NCBI GenBank assembly: GCA_049297375.1
Contig: JBAQUF010000007.1
Location: 1-34,941 of the forward strand
Length of the DNA: 34,941 nt
Direction: 5' to 3'
Source: Patescibacteria group bacterium
GTDB lineage: Bacteria; Patescibacteriota; WWE3; UBA101185; UBA10185
Position 1 is the first letter of the stretch, and every line of letters begins with the position of its first letter. The translations under genes and the position numbers were made by a program. The notes under the pieces were generated by a model. The model saw nothing but the letters and a program-made list of their open reading frames with translations, ran no database searches and was not told the origin of the DNA. Positions 1 through 8,207 of this stretch are shown here, piece by piece.

Positions 1-1
1 G

Positions 2-139
2 GCTAGTTGGTTAAATAAAATTGAAAATATTACCTTAGAGGATATTAAACATGTTTCTAATAAATACTTTTCTAAGAATAAGTGGTACCTATCAATGTGT
101 GGGGATATTGAGGAAAAGGATTTTAAAGTAAATTACTAG
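2..139 (+). CDS. 3' end of a CDS that begins left of the window (possibly M16/insulinase-family peptidase C-terminus)
   Basis: The frame is open from the window edge to TAG at 137-139 (ASWLNKIENITLEDIKHVSNKYFSKNKWYLSMCGDIEEKDFKVNY*). The tail only loosely resembles M16 peptidase C-termini and is too short for a firm call. Confidence 0.3.
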   Translation, partial: ASWLNKIENITLEDIKHVSNKYFSKNKWYLSMCGDIEEKDFKVNY

Positions 140-140
140 C

Positions 141-1988
141 CTATTCTGTATATCCTTCTGCTTGGAGTCTAAATCCTTCGGCATATTTTCCATTTAGTTT
201 CATCAATTCCTCATGGGATCCTTCTTCCACTATTTCTCCTTTATCTAAAACAATAATTCTATCTGCGTTTCTTACTGTAGAAAATCTATGAGAGATAATT
301 ATTACCGTCTTTCCTTCAAAGAAGTCATAGATTTTGCTAAATATGTTGTATTCGGATATAGCATCAATGGAAGCTGTAGGTTCATCAAAAATTACAAGAG
401 GACTGTTTCTATAAAAGAATCTTGCAATAGCAATCTTTTGCCACTGCCCTGTGCTTGGTCTAATTCCTCCTTTGTAGGTTTCGTTTAATATTTGTTCAAA
501 TTTATTGGGAAATTCACTGATAAAATCCATAGCATCTGCAGTTTGAGCTGCAGTTCTCATGGAAACTTCATTTGGCTCCTCCTCAGACCTTCCGATGCAT
601 ATGTTTTCTTTTGCAGTTAGGTAGCTGTAAGTATTAAAATCTTGATATAAAGTGCTTAAATTGTTGTATAAAGATTCCGAGTAAATATCGTTCATATCGA
701 TATCCTCGAATAATAGTTTTCCTTTTGTGACAGGATAGAATCTGGAGATAAGTTTAATGAGAGTTGTTTTTCCTGCACCGTTTCTGCCAACAATTGCAAT
801 TTTTTCTCCGGATCTAACTTTTAAATTAATATTATTTATAACTACTTTTTCCGTGCCTGGATAAGCAAAGCTCACATCTTTGAATTCGATGTTAGGACCT
901 TTACTTAGTTGTGGAATAATAATTGACCCTTCTCTATATGTTGATTCCATGAGAAATAATGAATATACATCCTTAATATTGATAGCATTCTCTGATAGGT
1001 CGTTGAAGTCATAAGCTGTTCTTGAGAGAGTTGAATCAAGGTTATTTATTATAGTCATCCAAAACGAAACCTTTCCTATTGTAAGTGCTCCAAGCAAGAA
1101 TTTAGAAAAAATCTTCGTATAGCCATATGTATCAACAAACTTCTTTAGAAAATTAACTGAATGTATTAGATAGTCATTAGTATCCTTTATTTTTAAACTA
1201 ATAGTGTTGTACCAAATTCTAAAATCTGTATATTTTCTATCAAGAAAGTTAAACGCTCTTGTTGAAACAATCTCCTGTAAGTCGCGAGGGTGTGTAAGGT
1301 CTGCCCCAGCACTTCCTGTCATTCTTAACTTTTCGGTATTTTCATAATACAGTTTATATGCCTTTTTCCTGTAAACCCTATCGACCATGAAATGAGGAAT
1401 GGTTATAATAACAGCTAATACCGTTACAACGGGTACTAACGGGAAAAGTAATATTACAAGACCTACTACTTTAATTAAATCGCTTACTAATTCAATACTA
1501 TCGAATACGTACGGAATAAGATTTATGAGAGCGTCATCAGCTCTATGGATTTTATTGTTAACCTCAGGCTGTTCTACAGTTTGAATGCCAAGAGATTTTA
1601 TTTTTGTATACAGATGTCTTTTTAAAAATAATCTACTTGCAGTTCGAATATGTCTATGCGACCTATTTGAAATAACATTTACAGTAGCTGAATAAACAGA
1701 GTATCCGAATAGAACTCCTAAATAGGGGTACAAATCTTCTATAGTATTACCACTCTTTTGTATAGTCTTTAAAAGAATATCCAAGGATCGGGTGAAAATA
1801 AGTGCGTAAACAACATCATCGAATCGTTGAACGACCCTTGCTACTAGATAAAGTATTGTGTAAACAGGCGCCGATTTGTAAAGTAGAGAGAAACCCCATT
1901 TGGAAATTTTTATAGCTTCAAAAAAACTTACCCTTGTGTACTCTTGATTTAATTGGTTATTTGGAGAAGGTTGTTTCATTTCAGGCAT
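141..1988 (-). CDS. ABC exporter, fused permease + ATP-binding protein (MsbA/type I exporter-like)
   Basis: 615 aa. The N-terminal half is hydrophobic. The C-terminal NBD has Walker A GRNGAGKTT, signature STGQWQKIAIAR, Walker B VIFDEPTASID and H-loop IIISHR. Confidence 0.9.
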   Translation of the reverse strand: MPEMKQPSPNNQLNQEYTRVSFFEAIKISKWGFSLLYKSAPVYTILYLVARVVQRFDDVVYALIFTRSLDILLKTIQKSGNTIEDLYPYLGVLFGYSVYSATVNVISNRSHRHIRTASRLFLKRHLYTKIKSLGIQTVEQPEVNNKIHRADDALINLIPYVFDSIELVSDLIKVVGLVILLFPLVPVVTVLAVIITIPHFMVDRVYRKKAYKLYYENTEKLRMTGSAGADLTHPRDLQEIVSTRAFNFLDRKYTDFRIWYNTISLKIKDTNDYLIHSVNFLKKFVDTYGYTKIFSKFLLGALTIGKVSFWMTIINNLDSTLSRTAYDFNDLSENAINIKDVYSLFLMESTYREGSIIIPQLSKGPNIEFKDVSFAYPGTEKVVINNINLKVRSGEKIAIVGRNGAGKTTLIKLISRFYPVTKGKLLFEDIDMNDIYSESLYNNLSTLYQDFNTYSYLTAKENICIGRSEEEPNEVSMRTAAQTADAMDFISEFPNKFEQILNETYKGGIRPSTGQWQKIAIARFFYRNSPLVIFDEPTASIDAISEYNIFSKIYDFFEGKTVIIISHRFSTVRNADRIIVLDKGEIVEEGSHEELMKLNGKYAEGFRLQAEGYTE

Positions 1989-2052
1989 GATATATAATAT
2001 TACTTCTAAAATTGTGGGAATTAAATGATATCTAGAAAGTTACTAGGGTTGC

Positions 2053-2409
2053 TTAAAGAAATTTTTTAACCTTTTCTACCACTTCTTCAAATCCCTTTGG
2101 ATCATTTATAGCCATCTCAGCTAACATCTTTCTATTAAGATCTATCTTAGCTTTCTTTAATCCTGCCATAAATCTACTGTACATAATTTCATATTTTGAT
2201 AAAGCTGCATTTATTCTAACTATCCAAAGCTTCTTCATATCTCTTTTTCTATTCTTTCTTCCTTCAAAGGAGTGTTCTCCAGCTCTTAAGATTGCTTCAT
2301 GAGCTCTCTTCTGGAGCTTGCTTCTTGTTCCTCTGTAACCTTTTGCAAGGTCTAATATTTTTTTATGTCTTCTGCGGGTTCTAACTCCGCTACCTTTTGA
2401 TCTTGGCAT
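2053..2409 (-). CDS. rplT: 50S ribosomal protein L20
   Basis: 118 aa, very basic, with an N-terminus MPRSKGSGVRTRRRHKKILDLAKGYRG typical of L20. It follows rpmI by 1 nt. SD is GAGGAA. Confidence 0.95.
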   Translation of the reverse strand: MPRSKGSGVRTRRRHKKILDLAKGYRGTRSKLQKRAHEAILRAGEHSFEGRKNRKRDMKKLWIVRINAALSKYEIMYSRFMAGLKKAKIDLNRKMLAEMAINDPKGFEEVVEKVKKFL

Positions 2410-2410
2410 A

Positions 2411-2623
2411 TTAAATTCCTCTAGAATGCTTTGCTAGCAATTTTCTAAACTTTCTTTTATGACCAGCATTCATTTGCTCGCTAAGTTTTGACTTTCTTGC
2501 CTTTCTATCAACAGTAGTTTTTACCTTCAAGTGTCCCATACCTACTAGTTTTTTCATAAATTTGCCTTTTTTAGTAATTTTTATTCTTTTTAATAATGTT
2601 TTTCTTGTTTTAAGTTTTGGCAT
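2411..2623 (-). CDS. rpmI: 50S ribosomal protein L35
   Basis: 70 aa starting MPKLKTRKTLLKRIKITKKGK, typical of L35. It lies between infC and rplT. Confidence 0.93.
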   Translation of the reverse strand: MPKLKTRKTLLKRIKITKKGKFMKKLVGMGHLKVKTTVDRKARKSKLSEQMNAGHKRKFRKLLAKHSRGI

Positions 2624-2624
2624 C

Positions 2625-3131
2625 TTATTTTCCTACAAACATAGTCCAAATAATATTACCTGCTTTTTTTGGTTCACTTTCTAGTTTTGCTACATCAGAA
2701 AGCTCCTTTTCAATCTTTTTAATTTGATCCATTGCAACATCTGGAAACATCATTTCCCTTCCTCTCATCTTCACCGTTATCTTGACCTTATCTCCATCTT
2801 CAATAAACCCTCTTGCTCTTGTAACAAATCTTTGTATGTCTCCTTCTCCAGTTGTTGGTCCTAATCTAAACTCTTTTACTTCTGTCTTTTTACTCTTAGC
2901 CTTAGCTGCACTTTCTTTTTTTCTTTCTTCGTATAGAAACTTAGTAAATTCCACGATCTTTGCTACTGGAGGATCTGCATTTGGTACTACCAACACCAAA
3001 TCCAACTCCTTTTCTCTTGCTTGTGTTAGAGCTTCTCTAGTGTTTAACACACCTAGGTTTTCACCCTTTTCAGAAATAACTCTAATCTTATCTTGTTTTA
3101 TCTGTTCATTTTTGATGTACCAGTTTGGTAT
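2625..3131 (-). CDS. infC: translation initiation factor IF-3; start extended to an in-frame ATA
   Basis: The tracked ORF (GTG at 3050) lacks the IF-3 N-domain. The frame stays open upstream and reads IPNWYIKNEQIKQDKIRVISEKGENLGVLNTREAL, which is an IF-3 N-terminus. GAGGAGG (3146-3140) lies 8 nt before the in-frame ATA at 3131-3129, giving 168 aa. Confidence 0.85.
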   Translation of the reverse strand: MPNWYIKNEQIKQDKIRVISEKGENLGVLNTREALTQAREKELDLVLVVPNADPPVAKIVEFTKFLYEERKKESAAKAKSKKTEVKEFRLGPTTGEGDIQRFVTRARGFIEDGDKVKITVKMRGREMMFPDVAMDQIKKIEKELSDVAKLESEPKKAGNIIWTMFVGK

Positions 3132-3159
3132 AAGAAAATCCTCCTCAAACCTTGATAAC

Positions 3160-4959
3160 TTACCATAAATTAAGAGACTTGGTCAAATACATTTCTTCAA
3201 TCTTTGATACTACCTCATTTAATGGTTTAGATCCAAGATTTTCTTCGGTTCTAAGTCTAACACTAACTTCATTCTTTTCAATCTCTTTATCCCCAACTAT
3301 AAGCATATAAGGAATTCTTTTAACTTGAGCATCTCTTATCTTTGATTGCATTGTTTCTGCTCTATCATCTACTTCTACTCTCAAGTGTTTAGCTTTCAAA
3401 TCTTCCTTTACCTTTTGAGCATAAGTAACATGTTTATCTCCAATAGGAATAATTTCTACCTGCGTTGGACACAACCACACTGGGAAGTTTCCAGAGAAGT
3501 GTTCCATTAAAAATCCAATAAATCTTTCACTTGATCCAAGTGGCGCTCTATGTTGAACAATAACTGGCTTTTCTTTACCATCCTTATCAATGTATGTAAG
3601 ACCAAACCTTTCTGGCATGTATAAATCTATTTGATTTGTTGATATTCCATACTCCGTACCTGTTGCAGACTTGATTTTAAAGTCCATTTTAGGGCCATAA
3701 TGGGCCGCCCCTTCGTTTACTACAGTATATTCGATTCCAGACGTATCTAGTGCTTCCCTTGTTATCTTTTCAGCTTTCTGCCACATTTCTTCATTTCCAT
3801 GATATTTATCCATTTTGGTAGGATCTCTAAGATTTAACTCAATATGGTAGTTATTTAATCCTAAAGTATCGTAGTAGTACTTATGAAGATTGACTATTTC
3901 AACAAATACATCAACAGCTTGTTCTTTCGAGCAGTAGATATGAGCATCGTTTTGACAGAAAAGTCTTGGTCTTAGTATTCCGTTTATCGATCCTCTATTT
4001 TCATATCTTGCTACGGTTCCATATTCTGCAATCTTAAGAGGAAGTTCTTTATAAGTTCTTGGTTTTGATTTAAATATCAAGTGATGGAAAGGACAGTTCA
4101 TTGGTTTAATAAAATACTCCTCTTCTCCTTCTCCAGGAACTCCCACTTTATACATTTCATCATTAAAGTATGGAACATGACCTGATACCTCAAATAGCTT
4201 TTTCTTTGTCATAAATGGAGTTGATACTCTTACATACCCCCATTTCTCTTCTGTTTCTTTTCCCCATCTTTCTAACTCTTCTCTAACTATCATTCCATTT
4301 GGTAGCCATACAGGAAGACCAGGTCCAATTTCTTCAAACAACTCGAAGATTTCTAGATTTTTATTTATATTCCTATGGTCTCTTTTCTTTTGTTCTTCAA
4401 GAAGTTCTAAGTATATATCAAGATCTTCCTTGGAATCAAAAGCTGTGGCATATATTCTTGTTAACATCTTGTTTTGTTCTGATCCTCTCCAATATGCACC
4501 AGCTATACTTAATAGCTTAAATGCCTTGATATCACTTGTTCTTCCTACATGGTTTCCGGCACATAAGTCTATATCGTAGTATTTACCTTCTTTATCTCCT
4601 ATTTCACACACAGTCACCTTTTCTTTATTCTTTTCTAATTCCTCTATCATTTCCCATTTGTATGGATTATCTTGAAATATTTCTTTTAGTTCTTTATATG
4701 AAGCCTCTCTAACCGTAATTGATAAGTTAGCATCAATAATATCTTGCATTTTTTGTTCAATATTTATGAAGTCTTCTTCTGTTATCTTTCCATCGTAATC
4801 AAAATCTCCATAAAATCCATCCTCAATAGGAGGCCCCATTATTTTTTTAGAACCTTGAAATAAACTCTCTACAGCCATGTGCATTACATGTTCTGCACTA
4901 TGTCTTAATGAAAATAACGGATCATCTTTTATTTTTTCTATTACTTTTTGTTTTTTCAT
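3160..4959 (-). CDS. thrS: threonine--tRNA ligase (no N-terminal TGS domain)
   Basis: 599 aa. It has the editing-domain motif RHSAEHVMH at residues 19-27, class II motifs (RLFCQNDAHIY, AAHYGPKMDF, HRAPLGSSERFIGFLMEH) and a C-terminal anticodon-binding domain. SD is GAGGAG. Confidence 0.95.
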   Translation of the reverse strand: MKKQKVIEKIKDDPLFSLRHSAEHVMHMAVESLFQGSKKIMGPPIEDGFYGDFDYDGKITEEDFINIEQKMQDIIDANLSITVREASYKELKEIFQDNPYKWEMIEELEKNKEKVTVCEIGDKEGKYYDIDLCAGNHVGRTSDIKAFKLLSIAGAYWRGSEQNKMLTRIYATAFDSKEDLDIYLELLEEQKKRDHRNINKNLEIFELFEEIGPGLPVWLPNGMIVREELERWGKETEEKWGYVRVSTPFMTKKKLFEVSGHVPYFNDEMYKVGVPGEGEEEYFIKPMNCPFHHLIFKSKPRTYKELPLKIAEYGTVARYENRGSINGILRPRLFCQNDAHIYCSKEQAVDVFVEIVNLHKYYYDTLGLNNYHIELNLRDPTKMDKYHGNEEMWQKAEKITREALDTSGIEYTVVNEGAAHYGPKMDFKIKSATGTEYGISTNQIDLYMPERFGLTYIDKDGKEKPVIVQHRAPLGSSERFIGFLMEHFSGNFPVWLCPTQVEIIPIGDKHVTYAQKVKEDLKAKHLRVEVDDRAETMQSKIRDAQVKRIPYMLIVGDKEIEKNEVSVRLRTEENLGSKPLNEVVSKIEEMYLTKSLNLW

Positions 4960-5126
4960 ATTTACTCCTCAATTATAACTGAAATTTATTTGTATTAAAG
5001 GAAATTTAGAAATATTAGCATGTAATCAAAGTATGTCCCCCGAAGGGGTTGTTGTTAAAGTTATGAAAATAGGTTTGAATAGAATCTTCACTATATTGTT
5101 TTTACATTATAGTGGTAAGTAAGTCA

Positions 5127-5160
5127 ACAAAAAACCTCAGAAAGTACTAATTTCTGAGGT
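5127..5160 (-). terminator. rho-independent terminator after the 62-aa gene
   Basis: Perfect 10-bp stem acctcagaaa/tttctgaggt (5134-5143 with 5151-5160) and a 7-nt loop. It is followed on the - strand by a run of five T. Confidence 0.8.
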
Positions 5161-5167
5161 TACTACA

Positions 5168-5356
5168 TTATTTCAGCATACGCATGGCTATAAAAAGCTC
5201 TCTTATTTCCTGCGTTTCTTTATCGTACTTCTTTATCCTCTCGTCCATTTTTTGTTTAGAGTTTTTATAGAGCCACGTAGCTTTGATTCCGTAGTATAGA
5301 AGAGGAACAACTACGCAAACAATTAACCAAAAAACATCCTGTACTCCCAGTCTCAT
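5168..5356 (-). CDS. small single-pass membrane protein, unknown function
   Basis: 62 aa with one N-terminal TM helix (VFWLIVCVVVPLLYYGI) and a charged tail. It has an SD (GAGG, 8 nt before ATG), its own promoter and its own terminator. Confidence 0.6.
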   Translation of the reverse strand: MRLGVQDVFWLIVCVVVPLLYYGIKATWLYKNSKQKMDERIKKYDKETQEIRELFIAMRMLK

Positions 5357-5386
5357 AATATTTACCTCTTTCCAGTTGTTGTCAGC

Positions 5387-5415
5387 ATTTTACTACGAGC
5401 TCTTATATTTAACAA
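5387..5415 (-). promoter_or_regulatory. sigma70-type promoter for the 62-aa gene
   Basis: On the - strand: TTGTTA (5415-5410), 17 nt spacer, TAAAAT (5392-5387). Confidence 0.55.
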
Positions 5416-5424
5416 CTTTACAGG

Positions 5425-5436
5425 TACAATGTAGCT
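5425..5436 (+). promoter_or_regulatory. -10 box TACAAT placed 6 nt before the truB ATG (leaderless-type arrangement)
   Basis: TACAAT is at 5425-5430, followed by gtagct, then ATG at 5437. There is no SD-like purine tract in between. Confidence 0.5.
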
Positions 5437-6120
5437 ATGATTTTGAATATATATAAAGAAAAGTGTTGGACTAGCTTTGATGTGGTAGCAAAGATAAGAG
5501 GAATGCTTGGTAAAAAAAGAAAAGTAGGTCATGCAGGAACTCTTGATCCCTTAGCTGAAGGTGTCTTGATTGTACTTACTGATGAAGATACAAAAAAACA
5601 AAATGAATTTATGACTTTAAAAAAAGAATATGAAGCTAAGATTGCATTTGGAATTACTACCCCAACATATGATTTAGAAGTATTACCCGATGTTAGTAAT
5701 AAACAATTAAGTTTAGAAGAAATACTGGGATCACTTAAAGATTTATTACCTAAGTATATTGGAGGAATCGATCAGAAAGTTCCAAGTTACTCTGCAGTTA
5801 AAGTTGATGGGAAAAGATTGTATAAACAAGCAAGAAGTGGAGATGTAGATGAAGACAAACTTCCCGTTAAGAGAGTCACTATTTATAATATTAAATTACT
5901 AAATAACAGTGTCGAAAAGATAGAAACTAAGGGAGGTATTAAAGAATTTCCTATAGTAACAATAAAAATAGAATGTTCTTCTGGAACATATGTTAGATCA
6001 CTTGCTCATGATTTAGGAGAAGATTTGGGTATTGGAGCTGTCTTAGTTAATCTTGTTAGAACAAAAGTTGGAGATTTTAAGGTATTTGATTCTAGAAAAA
6101 TTACCGAGCTAAAAATATAG
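5437..6120 (+). CDS. truB: tRNA pseudouridine(55) synthase
   Basis: 227 aa with the catalytic motif GHAGTLDPLAEGVL, plus the YSAVKVDGKRLY and SGTYVRSL motifs of TruB. Confidence 0.93.
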   Translation: MILNIYKEKCWTSFDVVAKIRGMLGKKRKVGHAGTLDPLAEGVLIVLTDEDTKKQNEFMTLKKEYEAKIAFGITTPTYDLEVLPDVSNKQLSLEEILGSLKDLLPKYIGGIDQKVPSYSAVKVDGKRLYKQARSGDVDEDKLPVKRVTIYNIKLLNNSVEKIETKGGIKEFPIVTIKIECSSGTYVRSLAHDLGEDLGIGAVLVNLVRTKVGDFKVFDSRKITELKI

Positions 6121-6128
6121 CTCGGTAA
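6096..6128 (-). terminator. hairpin terminator shared by convergent truB and the cupin gene
   Basis: Perfect 10-bp stem ttaccgagct/agctcggtaa (6101-6110 with 6119-6128). A T-run follows on the - strand (6100-6096). The stem overlaps the truB stop codon. Confidence 0.65.
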
Positions 6129-6156
6129 CTTAAATTTCTCTTAGTTATTTTAACTT

Positions 6157-6534
6157 CTACTCATGTTCTGCAGCCATTGCTTCTTCTTTTGTAGCATGAA
6201 TAGTTCCTTCTGGATGATTTGCTGGACTATATATTGTGTAAAGTTTTAAATCTTCTGTTTCTGATGTGTTGATTATATTGTGCTCAGTTCCTGCGGGTAC
6301 AACCAATGCATATCCATCTGAAAATTTATATTCAGTGCCATTCATAATTACTTTGCCTGTTCCCTTATCAATTCTAAAGAATTGATCTACTGTATTGTGT
6401 ACTTCCATACCAATATCTTCCATTGGCTTTAAGCTCATAACAACAAGCTGACTATGTCCGTTTGTTGCAAGAACCTTTCTGAAATTTGTATTTTCTAGAG
6501 TTAATTTCTCTATATTATCTACAAATATTGCCAT
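6157..6534 (-). CDS. cupin-domain protein
   Basis: 125 aa with a cupin-like two-motif pattern (GMEVHNTVDQFFRIDKGTG ... VPAGTEHNIIN). Confidence 0.75.
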   Translation of the reverse strand: MAIFVDNIEKLTLENTNFRKVLATNGHSQLVVMSLKPMEDIGMEVHNTVDQFFRIDKGTGKVIMNGTEYKFSDGYALVVPAGTEHNIINTSETEDLKLYTIYSPANHPEGTIHATKEEAMAAEHE

Positions 6535-6572
6535 AAAATATTCCTTTCGTAAGTAATTACTTGATTAATTTA

Positions 6573-7121
6573 TTACTCTTTGCAGCAATCAACTGCTTTT
6601 TTAATAATTTCACCTAATTTATCAAATATACTTCCACCTGCTTTTATTTGGGGTGTTTTGTGTTCCGATATATATTGGATGTCGTTATTCTCTTCTGTTT
6701 TAGTATCTTCTACTTTAACTAAATCTAAGTTTAAACCCCAAAATAAGTTATAAAGCTCGTATGACTTCTTAAAGAAATCTTGTGCTTCTTTCTTATCACC
6801 TTTACTTAGTGACTTAGTTCCTACCTCCATTAATCTCATAGATGCTGATAGCAAGTGCTTGCTAATACACCATACTTCCCCATCTGGATTTTTAATTATT
6901 CTTTTTAACAATCCTTTTCTCATTTCTCTTACTTGATTTAAAAGATCGTAGTATTGGGAATTATTTGTTTTACCTGCAGTAAAAAATAAATGTTCTTCAA
7001 TTGAAATTAAGTTCATTATTGCAACAGATAAATCTTCTCCAGATGATAAATCTAGTTTTTCACCTTTTTCTAGTTTCTTAACATTATCTATTAGTTTTTT
7101 AATTTCTTCTTGTTCATTCAT
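6573..7121 (-). CDS. hypothetical soluble protein with C-terminal CC motif
   Basis: 182 aa with no TM segment and predicted helical character. It ends in ...AVDCCKE. It lies 13 nt downstream of the CPVC membrane gene. I recognise no family. Confidence 0.6.
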   Translation of the reverse strand: MNEQEEIKKLIDNVKKLEKGEKLDLSSGEDLSVAIMNLISIEEHLFFTAGKTNNSQYYDLLNQVREMRKGLLKRIIKNPDGEVWCISKHLLSASMRLMEVGTKSLSKGDKKEAQDFFKKSYELYNLFWGLNLDLVKVEDTKTEENNDIQYISEHKTPQIKAGGSIFDKLGEIIKKAVDCCKE

Positions 7122-7134
7122 ATACTTAAGTTTA

Positions 7135-7638
7135 TCAGGTTAATGAGTAAAAGGTAAAACTAACTATTGTTAAAAGAAGTACAGGGAGAATTACTTTTTG
7201 ATAATAAATATATACTTCTCCATGGTTTGTTTTTCTTAAAGTTTTATCTAAGTAGACAGATATAATAAAGGTAATTAATCCAGCAACTATTCCTAAAGTA
7301 ATCTTATCCATCCCCCAAAGTATATTTGTTGGGTTTCCTATTATTTTTTTAATATACATGGGAATTATTGTTAATAACAAGAAAGACACCGTTGATAGGG
7401 CTTCTGGGTATGGTATTTTCCATTTCTTCTTTTGAATTATGCTTGCAAACCAAAGTGCTGAAGCAACAACTAATCCTCCAATCCAAACTCCCATTATTGT
7501 GTCATCAATTCCTAGATACCTACTTACTCCAAGTCCTGCTCCTACTGCAACAATACATACTGGGCAAACTGCAAAGGATTTAATTGTTGTCAAAATAGCT
7601 GTTGAAAAGAATATTACTAATGATAATAACAAATTCAT
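7135..7638 (-). CDS. polytopic membrane protein with a single CPVC motif
   Basis: 167 aa with about 5-6 hydrophobic helices. Its only two cysteines form CPVC at residues 25-28. Its start is 1 nt from the stop of the upstream thioredoxin-fold gene. Confidence 0.65.
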   Translation of the reverse strand: MNLLLSLVIFFSTAILTTIKSFAVCPVCIVAVGAGLGVSRYLGIDDTIMGVWIGGLVVASALWFASIIQKKKWKIPYPEALSTVSFLLLTIIPMYIKKIIGNPTNILWGMDKITLGIVAGLITFIISVYLDKTLRKTNHGEVYIYYQKVILPVLLLTIVSFTFYSLT

Positions 7639-7639
7639 A

Positions 7640-8065
7640 TTATTGTGTTGGTGTTGAGGACGATTCCATTACCTCTAAACCTGCTTTTTCAGATAATAGA
7701 TTCTTTATATCAGGTTCCCCTATTAAACATTTTCCCTCAAAGTAAACAAAAGGAACACCTACTTCTGATGATTTAATATTACACTTCTCTGCTACTTTAG
7801 AAAGAACTGTGGAATTTGATTGATTGCTATAAACTTCTTTTTTAACAATGGTAATCTTTTCTCCTATCTTGTTCTTGTCAATAAAATCTTCAAGATCTTT
7901 ACATCTAGGACACGTATTTCCATAGAAATATACAATATCTTTGGATGATAGTACCTCATTAAGGGATTTAGTTAGTCCTTTTGTTCTGTTGCTTTCAAGA
8001 ACAATAATTCCAAGAAGGATTCCAATAGTTAGAAGGATAGATATTGTAATTACTGTTTTGTTCAT
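7640..8065 (-). CDS. membrane-anchored thioredoxin/glutaredoxin-fold protein (CPRC)
   Basis: 141 aa with an N-terminal TM anchor (TVITISILLTIGILLGIIVL). This is followed by YFYGNTCPRCKDLE, a CxxC in thioredoxin-fold context, and a later GVPFVY segment. Confidence 0.75.
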   Translation of the reverse strand: MNKTVITISILLTIGILLGIIVLESNRTKGLTKSLNEVLSSKDIVYFYGNTCPRCKDLEDFIDKNKIGEKITIVKKEVYSNQSNSTVLSKVAEKCNIKSSEVGVPFVYFEGKCLIGEPDIKNLLSEKAGLEVMESSSTPTQ

Positions 8066-8119
8066 AAGTGTAACTATAAATATTTACTCTATTTGATAGT
8101 GGAAATCAATCTTAAGTTT

Positions 8120-8196
8120 TGGTGGGCGGTACAGGAATCGAACCTATGACCTCCACAATGTCAATGTGGCGCTCTAACCAACTGAGCTAACCGCCC
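8120..8196 (-). tRNA. tRNA-Val (anticodon GAC), CCA encoded
   Basis: The reverse complement GGGCGGTTAGCTCAGTTGGTTAGAGCGCCACATTGACATTGTGGAGGTCATAGGTTCGATTCCTGTACCGCCCACCA folds as a cloverleaf. The anticodon loop is TTGACAT. Confidence 0.92.
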
Positions 8197-8207
8197 TAAC
8201 TTACTTA

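Noticed and set aside
5103-5127. TTGACT ... TATAAT on the - strand upstream of thrS as its promoter
   Set aside because: The spacer between the two hexamers is only 10 nt, which is incompatible with a sigma70-type promoter. The TATAAT may work with a different weak -35, but I cannot support that.
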